Both the position numbers and the translations under genes were made by a program. A model generated the notes under the pieces. It searched no databases. It had not been told where the DNA came from and worked only from the letters and a program-made list of their open reading frames with translations. DNA of 64,000 nucleotides from Saccostrea cucullata (taxonomy: Eukaryota), in assembly GCF_032062105.1 (NCBI RefSeq), contig NW_026936003.1:558001-622000 (forward strand). Reading direction: 5' to 3'. Position 1 is the first letter of the stretch, and the number at the start of each line of letters is the position of its first letter. This document shows positions 24,301 to 35,969 of the stretch, piece after piece.

Positions 24301-25547
24301 AATCTGACCCACAGAAACTGCAGGACTTAGAATCTGAGTATCCATCAGATCCCCAGAAACTTCAGAAGTTAGAAGAGGAGGAGATACAGCAGCCGGATTC
24401 ACTTACCTCACACGAGATGCCAACTCTGGGTCAGGGTGATATTTATCAATCAGACATGCATAAACTAGAGGAAATACAAGCCTTTGAGGAGAGTTTACAC
24501 ATTCCGCCCGAGGCACAACCTGCACAAACAGTGCAGCAGGAATGTGTGAGTGCAGAGCCATCTAGTGGTGTTGATCCCACAGAAGTGGAGATAACTGTTT
24601 CTGGTATGCAGGAAATGACACTCACTGATACCCCTGCACAGGAATACACTGAATCTGCCACTGTCGTACAAAATCCATCTGAATCTGAAATCACTCCTGA
24701 AAATGCTGAGGGGATTAATGATCTTCCAGGGGGAAATCAGGAAAGATTGGCCCAGGAAATAGCAGCTGTTGGCAAGAAGTCTTTTGGTGCAATGTCACTC
24801 TTTGAGAAATACAAGGAGGCTCTAGAAATGGAGGGAGAAGAGGATGAAGAATATGACACTGGAGAATCGGTAGAGTACGAGGATGAATTGGTGAATGGAG
24901 TTGAGGAGGAAGGAGAAGATGGTTACTATGGACAAGGCGGTTGCTATGGACAACAAGATGGTTACTATGGACAAGATAGTTGCTATGGGCAACAAGATGA
25001 GGAAGAGGAGGATGATGATACCCTTGTGGAGGAGGTGGATGGAGGAGAAAGTGATTTGGTGACCCCTGAAGTTTTACCCCCTGTGCCAGATGTTCCCCAT
25101 CATCAGACCCCCAGCATTGTCCATTACGCTCCCTCCAGCCCAACAGAAACCACAGAGGAAGACTGTGGAGAAAACGACTCCAGGCTCTTTGCAGACGACA
25201 GTGGTAGTCTAGACTCTGACATTCTCACACAAGGTTATAACACACATTCTACGTCTCATTTGGTGTCTGACGATTTTGTGTCAGATTCACAGCTTTTCAA
25301 TGAGCAAGAAACATCCAACTCAAGGTTATTCGGTGAGAAACGTGATTCTAACTCGTGCATATTCGGCCAGAAAAGTAACTGTGTGATTTCAGGAGGTGCC
25401 TCTACAACAGACGTCAAAGACAGTAAAAACAGCTCACCAATCTCATCAGCTGGAACAGAAAGGGACATCAAACTACAGCAAGTCTCTCCCCCTCCCCACT
25501 GGCAGAAACAGAGGCTGGAACCCAGTGAGGGGGAATGTTTTGTGTAG
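12383..25547 (+). CDS. IRAK1: Interleukin-1 receptor-associated kinase, IRAK1/Pelle-like (death domain, Ser/Pro-rich linker, kinase, long acidic tail), ~1136 aa
   Basis: Exons 12383-12503, 12986-13171, 14730-14837, 16038-16255, 16979-17145, 19767-19980, 20130-20191, 20338-20452, 20805-20923, 21203-21419, 21723-21788, 22153-22311, 22430-22493, 23953-25547 (3411 nt, open). Death domain (FIYDLPF...WEKLA...SPCKEVLSDWGSKNAT); kinase GEGAFGEVF, AIKRL, HENIV, LVYQFM (Tyr gatekeeper typical of IRAKs), HGDIKCSNILL, IGDLGLAK, YLPPE, DTFSFGVV. Non-RD HGD plus C-terminal extension favours the IRAK1/Pelle type over IRAK4; symbol is by similarity only. Confidence 0.88.
12811..12942 (-). mobile_element. 132-bp TG...CA element containing a degenerate tRNA-like module (solo LTR/TRIM terminal repeat or tRNA-SINE head)
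   Basis: Termini TGT...ACA, flanks ggtt/ggtg; minus strand 12912-12839 gaccagactaAGCTCAGTCGGTAGAGtacc...ccagGTTCAAATCCcggtccggtc has A and B boxes and a partial cloverleaf with an irregular anticodon arm. Confidence 0.65.
13352..14575. mobile_element. piggyBac-like non-autonomous element (TTAA TSD) in IRAK intron 2
   Basis: TTAA|CTCTTTACCCCTTAATGCCACGATTTGACGC ... GCGTCAAAAGTTGTCATTAAGGGGTAAAG ... AAAGAG|TTAA; right subterminal motif is duplicated (14487 and 14521). Confidence 0.65.
13896..14102. mobile_element. TA-flanked MITE (Tc1/mariner-type) nested in the piggyBac-like element
   Basis: ta|CTGTAGAAGTACTTTTTTCCGCG ... CGCGGAAAAAAGTACTTTTACAG|ta. Confidence 0.85.
17309..19484 (-). mobile_element. 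pogo/Tigger-family DNA transposon in IRAK intron 5
   Basis: ta|CAGTGAAACCTGTCTTATCCGACA ... TGTCGGATTGGACAGTGGGCACTG|ta (imperfect 24-bp TIRs, TA TSD) enclosing transposase ORF remnants. Confidence 0.9.
17586..19050 (-). pseudogene. Defective Tigger/pogo transposase (HTH_psq-like, CENP-B HTH, DDE_1)
   Basis: ATG 19050 MASTPQKRK...; LAKEFGVGRTTVSDILK, FKASNGWLESWK, IFNCDETGLF, KERVTVMMCC, KILLFLDNATSH. Two 1-nt frameshifts in homopolymers (~18965, ~18415); the LQPxD segment carrying the third catalytic Asp is absent (LKLRNV joins directly to SVLDAI). Confidence 0.88.
21035..21149. mobile_element. Short TA-flanked MITE
   Basis: tactgtatacagggtttttccacc ... ggggtaaaaatttccttgtttacagta; a related degenerate copy lies at ~50721-50890. 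Confidence 0.55.
22611..22817. mobile_element. TA-flanked MITE
   Basis: ta|CTGTAAACCAACTATTATTTG ... CGAATAAAAGTTGGTTTACAG|ta. Confidence 0.8.
22878..23769. mobile_element. pogo/Tigger-type non-autonomous element
   Basis: ta|CAGTTAATTCTCAATAAACCACC ... GGCGATAATTCGAGAATTGACTG|ta; repeated TGGCGGTAT/TGGCGAT subterminal motifs. Confidence 0.72.
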
Positions 25548-27180
25548 CTGTAAGTGTAATGGTCATTTTATATGATTATTGAATAAGCTGTCATAAACTG
25601 CTAGCAATCGTGATCTGAATTGATTCGATCTACATGCATTGAACGTGTAATTATCATTCCTGCAAAGTTTACCATTCTCTTTAAAATTAGGTTGTATTTT
25701 TTTTCCAATTTTTTTCAACATAAATTGTAATATGAAAATGTTTTAATTATGTTGCTATTTAAGAAATATACTAGTGTTCAGAATATATATATCTTGTAAA
25801 AATTGAACTGCTAAGAAACAAACCTGTATGAAGATTATCTAGATATTTATGATAGATTATGTTGAAATTATTCAAGTGGCCTTATGTCCTTTCAAAATTT
25901 TAACCCCCTTCCTCCATCTTCACTCTTTCATTTAACATATTGCCAACAATCATTTATATTAATTTGTTATTTTATGTGTATTGTATTGTATTGTATAATA
26001 TCTAATCGTTTATGTGCCATTTGCATTATGTACTTTAGATTTGACACTCTTTTATCATCTTTTTTTGGTCAAATCTTATATTAATTGTTATACAATTAGT
26101 CTGTTTAAAGCATATTTGAGAAATTCATGTTGTTTAATTTCAAATTGCCAAACGCAAGTAAATTGTATCTTTTTATCCATGTACTTTCAGCATTGTTCAA
26201 ATGAGTACATTTTGTACCATGAAGGTATTTTATATTTAATGGCTCAAATTTTAGGGGGAAATATTTAACGGGTATTTAAAGCTTGATTTACATTTACTTT
26301 GAAAAAGTTATGTGAAACCCATCATTGCAGAACTAAATATGTTGACTTTCGAGTTTTTGCTACCCTTCCCCTAATCTTCAATAAAAAAAAAAAAATTGAA
26401 AAATTGGACTACTTTAACAAAAGCTCTCAGCTTTCGAGAAATAGCAGTTATTGTTTTGTATTTGATGTTGAATGATACATGTTTTTGTTTTTGTTATGAT
26501 ATACATGGTGCATGTTATATAAAAGTTAATCAAATGTTGAATTTTACAGCCCTTTTGAGAAGAAATATATATTTTACATGTTATACAAGTATAATATAAT
26601 CTTATAGTCAATAATTGTTTGTTAAATGTCTTTTTGAGAAGGATAAAAAAATAAACGTTGTAAGGAAAACAATTTGTAATGCTAATTTCACTTTTCTTTC
26701 TAACATCTTATTATTATTTTTTTTAAGCAAACCGATTACATGCATTTTTTTTTTAAATATCAGACATCATTTTTTGAAAGCAGTTGAAAAGTCAGTTCAA
26801 GTTATACATGTACTTGAATCTAAAGAGGTGGAAAAATATTCTTTGATTGTATTTGATAATAGTGTTATATTTATTTTGTTGTATCACATCTTAAGTCTCG
26901 AAGAATACCAAGAATTTTTCCAAAATAGCTATTGATAGTAGATTTAGGTGTCGTTAAATTTAAATCTCCTTGTACAGTTCGTGTACTTGATTATTAATGT
27001 AGCATGAACCATAACTCTTAAATGCTTCTAAAATACATTTACATGTATAATGTCAATACTAAGGATAAAAGATTGATAGAGTTTGTTGGGGGGTAAGTTT
27101 CTATGGGTTTTTTTTTTATAGATTACGAAAGATAGAAATTGTTCCTAAACATTAAAAATTAGACTCACAAAAATAAGTAA

Positions 27181-28466
27181 TTAGGGCCCAGCAAGGATTT
27201 GCGGGTGCCCTATAGTAATCACTCTGTCCGTCCGTCTGTCCGTCTGTCTGTCTGTCTGTCTGTCCGTCTGTCACTCTTCCGTCCACAAATTTTCTGTTTT
27301 TTTCTAATAACTTTTTTTATGGTTGCCCAATCAAGTTCAAATTTGGTATGGTAGTTCAGTAGGCAGAAATACATATTTTGATGCTAAGTTTGGTTCTCTA
27401 TGTCTTCTGGTTTGGAGATGGGGTGGTGGGGTAGATTCCTTAACTATGCATAAGAATGAATGGGCAACTTTTTTTATGGTTGCCCAATCAAGTACAAATT
27501 TGGTATGTTAGTTCAGTAGGCAGAAATACATATTTTGATGCTAAGTTTGGTTCTCTATGTCCCCTGGTTTGGAGCTGGGGTGGTGGGGTAGATTCCTTAA
27601 CTTTATATACAAAAGCATTAATTTGGCAAAGAGAGATAACTGCTGAAGATGTTCCCATTGTAAACTGAATGCTGCTATGAGTCCCTTGGGATTAATTAGC
27701 TTTCCTCCTGAAGAAAATCCAGAGCATTATCTTTATCTGTCAGATTGAGATGAATTGCCACCTCTGTCTGCAAATGAAGTTTGTTTTGAAGTTAAGTCTG
27801 TAAATTTGGAATGCTATGAACACTCTGAAATGTGGATTTAAATATAAATTTTTATAATTTATTTTTGTTTAATAGTTATGATTTCATTGAATTCTAATAA
27901 CAAGAAATAGATTAAAGAAGATTTTTTGATTTACTTTTTTCACTTTATGTTAATTCAAGAATATTACTAATTTTTAGGATAGTTGTATAAAAACCCCATT
28001 CTATCATTAATACTGAAAAAGTTCTTATTGTAACTTAAGAAGAAAATGATGAGAGAGGTACAATTAATCCCTTGGGATTAATTATCTAGCCTGCTGCAGA
28101 AAATTTAGTAGGCTTTTCTTTATCTGTCACTTTAAGATTAATGAAAACCTTTGTCTGCAACTGCTGTTTGTTTGAAGTTAAGGTCAAGCCTTCATGATAT
28201 TTGCATTCATTGAAGGCTGGCATTTTATATAACACAAGCTTCATAATTGTTTAAATATACATTCAATTTTAAGTTGTGCTTTACTGCCTAATGTAAATAC
28301 AAGGATATTATTTTCAGGGTTTTTTTAATATTCAAGAATTATCTTGAAATTTTAAGAATACAGTTGCTGTTGCTTATTCTTCGTACATTTTTCAATCATT
28401 CCGTAAGCTGCACCCTAGTAATTCTACCCCATGGCGGGGCCCTTGCTGACTGGTCAGTTTTCTAGT
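27181..28466 (+). mobile_element. Complete-looking Helentron/HINE-type non-autonomous element
   Basis: 5' ttagggcccagcaagg, (ctgt/ccgt)n 27223-27272, two ~157-bp units (27309, 27466), second internal duplication (27680/28068), 3' subterminal inverted repeat ccatggcggggccct, hairpin ctgactggtcag, ends ctagtt. Confidence 0.78.
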
Positions 28467-29861
28467 TTTACTCTATTATCATCTTTAAATGTCAGAAAAT
28501 CAAAGGTGCATGTCATTTTGATATTCAGCAATTCATGGGATGCTTGTAAACTTATGAGAATTTCTTAGATGTTAAAAGCTAGAAAGTGCCTCCCATAGTG
28601 GGTCTCTTGTTTATGATTTGAGTTTATTTATATAAATGTATAATTATGTGTCCATTCCTTTGTTTTTGTTTATGTTTTTTTTTTACAGATTATATTATAT
28701 TTAATACCTAATTCAAATAAAATGGTCTCTTTTCTCAGGTCATTTTTATTTCAACTGAGAAATAAGTGTGCTGATAAAATATACGTAATTACTGAATACT
28801 TGCATGTACATTTTTATTTACCAGACTCCATTAAATAATCTCCATTATAACTATTGAAACAACAGGGCACCACAAAGCAGACCATCCACTTACAAAAGAG
28901 GATATAAGTAAATTCAGGTCTATTCCAATGCAAATTACTCACTTCTGTTATGCACACAAAAACAAACTAACCCACACACAAGCATGTAACTATATCCCCT
29001 CAAACTTATTTGCAAACAGGTAACTTTTGTGACAAAGCAACATACCTGGCCATTATTTTACACGTAGAACGAGATGTGTGTGAGAATAACTGACATGTAC
29101 CCCCTGTATGACAGCTTATGGCGAGGGTAAAGTTTCTCAAATGCAAATCAAAATCCAAGGTCAACAGGTCAAAATTGTTGGTATCAAGAGGTCAAGGTCT
29201 TTTCATGAGGAATACACATATGAAATATGAAAGCTCTAATATTTTATCATTATTCTCTTTTATAATGATTAGTGGATTTTTCTTTCTGAAAATGCTTTAA
29301 ATGGCATCTAATCTTTTCAATTTTATCAAATTTGTTATAAACTAAAAAAGTATAATTTTTTTGTTATGATGCAACATATTAAAATAAGCAGATTTATCAA
29401 ATCCAAAACATAAAGTGATTTTTTTTTCAAACAGAAAAATATTCCAAAATTGTTTTGTTTTTTGTTTCTTTGATCCAGTAGTACATTCAATATTTCTTTT
29501 AGATACGTGTGCTTTCTGCATGGTTCTGCAGCTTGTTGCTGCCCATTTTGACCATGAAATAAACAAAGTTTATACAAAATCAAAGTACTGAAAGTACTGT
29601 TAGACGGAGGCTTCATGTATGAGAGAACACAAAAGAAATATATATGTCATACATTGCTGTAAAGAATATTATGAGAAATAATGTGTAGGTTTTTTTTCAA
29701 TTCAACATTTTTTTCAAAAGATACTCCAATATTCATGAGGTTTTTGGGATATTATAATTTCATCTTTGTAATGTAAACTTCGGCTTGATTAAAGTTCACT
29801 GTTATTTAGATGAGATACTTTCAATATTAAACCTTTCAAAGTAAGAAACAGTAATTGACTA

Positions 29862-29984
29862 GGCCTGGTTGACATAAAACTTAGACGGGCTAACTTTTTA
29901 TCCCAGTCTCACTTAAGGAATATATAGTGGAAAAGTGAGACTGAGATCAAAAGTGAGCTTGTCTAAGTTGTATGCCCCCAGGCC
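29862..29984. mobile_element. Palindromic MITE (GGCC termini, possibly PIF/Harbinger-type)
   Basis: ggcctgg..gacataaaacttagac...cagtctcactt pairs with aagtgagactg...gtctaagttgtatgcccccaggcc. Confidence 0.6.
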
Positions 29985-32337
29985 CAGTTTGATGAATGTA
30001 GGTTTAATATGTTCTAGTCATGAGCCCACTGGCGGAATTAAAAGGGGCCCCTGGCCCCCTCCCTTTTGAGTCCAAAAAATACGCAATATTTGATAAATGA
30101 GTGTTTTAATTGTGGCTGTGGGCCCCTTCCCTGACCTCAAACTGGTCCCCCTATTTCAGAATTTCTGGATTCAGCACTAGGCCTCAGCCTGTCAGCAGTC
30201 TCCATATTTCAAGATATCTTATTTATAGGTCACAGAGATCTACTGTTAACATAATTATGACATGTAACAGCTACCAAAATCAAAATTTGTCGGCCTTATT
30301 GTTATAATGTTATGATATGAGCTAACATGGAAAAAGAAGCAGCCAGGTAATTGGACATGAACAACATAATATAGTACAGTTTGTCTTAAACCTTTGTGAT
30401 ACAAAATGGGGTGACCTAGCTTGAAAGCAACACAGAATTTTCTTTAAGTAATACAACTTCATTAACATGCAATAAATGTTCTTGCCAGAACACAATTTTT
30501 TGAGTGGAATAAAATATACTTTCTTACTTTATGTAAACAGAACAATCAAGTTCCTAAGACTTGCTATTTCACAAGTTTAAATTGTTTTTGGAGAACTGGA
30601 GTATTGCTTACAATAACAAAGATATATCTTGACAAATTTGACAACCAATATTTCTGGAATTATTAAATGTAGTATTTTATCATATGACAGATTAACCCAA
30701 AAAATGTCTTTCTTTACTCGTATACCAGTGGAAATGGTTGTCCTTTTCAGTTTATCTGTTTAAAACAATCATTAACAATGAGACATGATTACAAATTACG
30801 TAGAGAAAAGTTATAAATATATAACTATGATTTCTGCTTTTCAGTAACTCTGTTAAAACAATCACTTTACCAATGATGTAGGTTAAAAAAATTGACATGA
30901 ATACCAATGATCAGAAATACATGTAATCTTGTATATAAAAAATAATTAAAGTTTGGGATGTGAAAGAGGTAAAACACAAGTATCAAATGCAAATAAGGAT
31001 CAACGATATGTCAATAAGACAACTTATTTCAGAAGATATGACTTTTATTTATTAATTAGGATATTATGTGATAAATCAAGTAAATCCTATGAACCAAGAT
31101 TTGGGTTGTACCCAAGGGTCAAACGTTACAAATGCATTTTGATCTCAATATCAGAGTTGCCGTTTGTTTCTCTCTTATCTAATGTGAGGGTACCCCAAAC
31201 ACTCAAACCGCTTGTAGAAAGTGTAAATCTATTTTCATGTGTTTCCTGAAATTATACATAATATCAAATAAACAATTCAAAACTAGACTGTTAATATTCC
31301 TACATATAAAAATACTATGCATTTGTTTATTCATCGATCCTTGTCAGATTAAAAAACTCCATGAAACCTATTGATGCAAGCGTCAAAAATCGGCCGCAAA
31401 CCAATTTATCGGTCCTTTCAAAAAGAAATTAGAAAAGGAATGAAAATGAGATTACAAACAACAATCAAACACAAAAAATTCCATTAAAACTGAAATGCTT
31501 GATCTATTATTAAAATATCTTATATTTATACCTGCGACATAAAACATTTGCATGCGACATAGCAGGATTTTCTTCAATACATAATACAGGTACATCTGCG
31601 TCTCCACACTTAGTTTGATACACAGGCGAATTCTGGTGGAAGTTTTTACAATTAAATATAAAACTAAAGTTTAAACTTATCTGTAACTAGAGATAGTTTT
31701 TACTTTAATAAAAGAAGCAATTGATAAGTGGGGTTCCTCGATCACTCTCCGCGGATGTAAACCCCCCCCCCCAACTCTCTCTAGATCCGCCACTTCATTT
31801 CTTCTCGTTCTTGTTTTGGTGTGAGAACCGGCGGGAAAAGGCTCGGCATATTGTAAAACATGCTTTATCATCGTCTGTTGGAACAAAATCTCCTAATATT
31901 CTGTCTGATAAAAAATTAATAGTAAATCACTTTTTTTTTTTACATATTCCGTAGGAAATGTATTTATATACACGTCATTTTAAAAAATATTAGACAAATC
32001 CTGTTTATTTAGAAAAAGTAGAACTGTTTGTTTATACTTGTATGTGACGCGATCTTTGTTTTAGACTATGCCTATCCTTGCGGTCGGTGTAACGCAGAGT
32101 CGCTCTAAAAATAGAATTCTCAAGGTAATGAAAACAATTCCACCGATAGATGGTGCTTGGGAAATCTTTCCTGTTTACATTCCATGGGCAAGACAATCCC
32201 TATACACGGAGGCTGTCATACAGCCTCCGTCTAAAAAGGCAAATCAAGCTGACTAACAAATCGAAGAAAATTTATAAATTTTAACAGTTTAATATGAAAA
32301 AAAACCTGTCATGTTTTCAACAATACAATTTAATGAA

Positions 32338-35300
32338 TTAGTAAAGCAGAAAACCTGTGAATATGGTTTTGTCACCGAGAGTGTTTTTATTATGATCACT
32401 TGACGAGACAACGCGTACCCAGACCGAAGTACCAGAAAATATTTCTCTAACAACCATTTCTCCGCTGTTGTGATAACCACCTGATGTGGCATCACAGTAG
32501 ACAAAACCAAAGGCAACGTTGTCATTAACTATTTCTGCTTGTATTTTTGCGCCCTTGCACTCCAGACCAAAATAGAAAACGTAAAGACCATCCTGATCCG
32601 CACTGAATACCCCAGTGTAGTGATTATAACGATTCCCGGTGTTTGTAAGAACGTGGTTGAAAATCAGGGTTTCTCTTGGAACAACAGGATCATTCGAATC
32701 TCTGTAGGCTGTCAAACCAATGCGGTGGGTCATCTGAACAGAACCTGGGCTTACTGAAAAGAACATTCAATTTTATTCATAAACCGAGTTGTATTTGTTT
32801 TTCTACATGCACATGTCACAGGAGTCTGAAAAAAATGATCTTTTTTTCTCCAAAAAAAAAAAAAAAAGAAAAAGAAAGAAAAAGAGGAAAAAGGCCACAA
32901 ATTTAGTTCTTCGCCTAATTTTTTGGAATGGAATAGCTGCAACAATGTAGCCCTCACTGACTTTTTTAATCTGGATATTTTCTGGAAAAAAGGGCTACAT
33001 TATTGCAGCTAGGAATTGAATTGTTTTGACTTCAATTATTTATAGTTTACTTGGCATTGTAGAATCTAAGTTTATTGTCAGAACAATATCACAGTGTTTG
33101 TTAAAATTTACTAGAGGTACTGTGAGCATTGAGCTCACTAAATGATACCCCCGCCTCCTATATGAATATAATGGCAGTGTCCATGTTTTGCTCTGGAAAA
33201 TCCAAAATATATGTCAGATCAAAAAAGTAAAATAGGAGGTGCACAATGGCAATATGTATAATAAAGATTCTGTGAAAGTGTCATTAAATTTCCTTCAGTG
33301 GTATGAGAGGAGTTGCGGATAAGAGATGGGTACCCCAAAGCGTAACAGACAGACGGACGGACGTACAGACGGACGGAAATACCGATTACTATATAGCCTC
33401 CCGTTTTTCAAGCGGGGGGTATAAAAATCCTTGGAATTTGCCCCAAAACTCGGGATCGATTTTTTTTAGGAATACACTATATAAGCTATCCCTTGTATTT
33501 TCCTGTGTTTATATTAACGTTATATGGTTTTGCTGGCAAGAGAAAACGCCCTTAATTACAGTAGAGGTTAGCTAAGTCTGATTTTTTTAAAAAGGAAGCA
33601 CATATAATTACGTTTCTATAGCGTTTCGCCCAGTGATTCCAGAGAAGTCGAAAATATTTTACCAGAGGGACAGACGGACAAACAGACATACAGGTACAAC
33701 AAATGATCAGAAAAGCTCGGTCACTGATTTAGATGAGCTAAATTGAATTAAAAATATGAAAGTTAACTACATATATGCATCTACACTGTATAATCAGAAT
33801 CGTTTTAAAATATGGAAAGAAAAAATGGATTACATGTAACAAATACACTTGAACGATCCTTTCGTAGAATTCTTCTTGTGAGATTTGCACTTGCATTCAG
33901 CAATTCTCTGAAATTAAAACAAAGGAAACTAGAGGTACTGTAAGCAATGAGCTCACTAAATGATACCCCCGCCTCCCATAATGTCCATGTTTTGCTATAT
34001 ATTGTTTTACGGTAATGTGTAAAGAGGGATAACTCGTTGTATCAAATGTTATTCAGAAGCCGGCATATGTGACGTACGTCGTAGGTAAGAATATAATGGC
34101 AATGTCCATGTTTTGCTATGGGAAACCTAAAATACGTGTCGGATCAAAAAAGTAAAATAGGAGGTGCACAATGACAATATGTAATAAAGATTCTGTAAAA
34201 GTTTCATTAAATTTCACTCAGTAGTATAAGAGGAGTTGCGGATAAGAGATGGGTACCCCAAAGCGTAACAGATGGACGGACGGACGGACATAACGATTAC
34301 TATATACCCTCCCACTTTTCAAGTGTGGGGGGATATAAATATACGTAAAAGAAAACGTGATAGGAATATATTTTTCTGATGAACTTTACGAACATGCTGT
34401 TTAATTTCTGATAGAACGCCTTATACATTTTTGTTATTGTAATAAATCTACTTTATTGCACGGAATGGCACAAGGCTTGCATAAAAAGATACATGTATAA
34501 ACTAGAGGCACTGTGAGCATTGAGCTCACTAAATGATACCCCCGCCTCCCATACTTATATTATAGCAGAGTCCATGTTTTGCTATGGGAAACCCAAAATA
34601 TGCGTCGGATCAAAAAGTACGATAGGAGGTGCACAATGGCAATGTATAATAAAGATTCTGTGAAAGTTTCATCAAACCTCATTCGGTGGTATGAGAGGAG
34701 TTGCGGATAAGAGATGGGTACCCTAAAGCGTAAAAGACGGACAGACGGACATCCCGATTACTATATATACCCTCCGCTTTTCAAGCGGGAGGAGGGTATA
34801 ATATATAATTAGAAAAAAATAGGATGTAACGATTAAACTCAATGAATTTAATAGACTTTTTAAATAACAGTTTTGAGAAGTGGAGGGGAAAGGGGTAACC
34901 AAAAGAGGGGGTTCAACTTCCCCAAACAACCCCCCCCCCTTCAGCGCGTTCTGTTCCATCAATGTAACGAACAACCCAATAATACAATTTAAAGATTCTT
35001 TTTAAAGAGATATTTGACAAGCAAAATTTAAAAAAATAAAACAAGTAAAATAAAATGTAAACAACAATAAACCAATTAATTTGTCCAAAAATGAAGAACT
35101 TGTCTCGTGGCTTTCTAAATCAATTTTCTTCAAATACTAGTGCATGACTTTCCCTTTCGATTTAACTATAACAAAGGTCTGTGTTTCCTTGAGGTAGGGT
35201 ACCGGGGGGGGGGGTACCGGGGGGGGGGTCTAAGTTTATTTTTCCTTTAAACTTACATCTAGATAGAATTTTAGTAAACTGAATGTTCAGCTTTTAGGCT

Positions 35301-35689
35301 CACAGATTCAAATACCCGGTAGTCTATATGCAGTCAAACTAGCGATCTAAAGTACAATGACAGAGTAATTTAAACTTTTATCTTAAGGACTTTTTAAAAG
35401 CTTACGTCGATTTTTGAGAAGAAACTGTTTCATGAGCTTTGTCAGCAGAATTGCTCTCCAACTCAGGACTGACGTCATCAGTAAGGCGGACACCCTTAAG
35501 GAGCTGAATTTCCATACTCTGGGACTTTACAACCTGTTTTAACTGATGCAGCTCGAGATCCTGCTTATCAACCCGAGTCCTTAATTCTGAGAGCTCTTCT
35601 AATATACGTTGTATTTTGAGATTTTCATCTGCAAAGACAGTTAAACTACAAAAAAGCAGAATAAAAGAACAAAGTGTTATGTTTGCCAT
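32338..35689 (-). CDS. Secreted C1q domain-containing protein (signal peptide, coiled coil, globular C1q; no collagen region), ~252 aa
   Basis: Exons 35689-35406 (MANITLCSFILLFCSLTVFA signal peptide then heptad-rich helix), 33907-33849 (donor weak, uncertain), 32753-32338 (LIFNHVLTNTGNRYNHYTGVFSADQDGLYVF...VWVR...FTGFLLY*). Phases 2/1 are compatible; 759 nt. Confidence 0.88.
32934..33011. mobile_element. 78-bp MITE with TAGCTGCA termini and 9-bp TSD
   Basis: ggaatggaa|TAGCTGCAACAATGTAGCCC ... GGGCTACATTATTGCAGCTA|ggaattgaa (TSD 8/9). Confidence 0.75.
33110..33425 (-). mobile_element. HINE-type element, copy 1 of a family seen four times in the window
   Basis: actagaggtactgtgagcattgagctcactaaatgatacccccgcc ... 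(gacg)n ... ccgattactatatag...cggggggtataa. Confidence 0.8.
33927..34338 (-). mobile_element. HINE-type element, copy 2 (with ~110-bp internal extra segment)
   Basis: Same termini and body as 33110-33425; aatgtccatgttttgctat occurs twice (33980, 34101). Confidence 0.8.
34500..34800 (-). mobile_element. HINE-type element, copy 3
   Basis: Same termini and body as 33110-33425. Confidence 0.8.
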
Positions 35690-35969
35690 TGCAACAGGTC
35701 TGCAAGTCCTCGTTCTTCGGTAGATAAGTTGTCAGTTATCTTCGTATGTATGCTAAAAGGTCAATAAATATAGTCGTCTGCAAATATATAGCTGCACTTG
35801 TCACTTATGAAAATTCATCTGTGTCAAATCGGGAATAAGTCCGAAATATCTGACGTTTTCCGGGCTTTTTGTGTCTAAGTTGAAACGTCTGGTGACCTTT
35901 TTTTTGGCTTGTCAAGGATTTTTGGTGGTTGATATAAAGTCCTCAGTTGAAACTATAAATGTCAGTATA

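Noticed and set aside
23608-25471. Antisense ORFs (183, 142, 82, 71 aa) over the IRAK last exon
   Set aside because: Shadows of a GC-richer coding exon with no recognisable motifs.
35197-35228. Duplicated ggtaccg(n) G-run as a functional G-quadruplex
   Set aside because: Poly-G tracts are common throughout this window and their lengths are unreliable.
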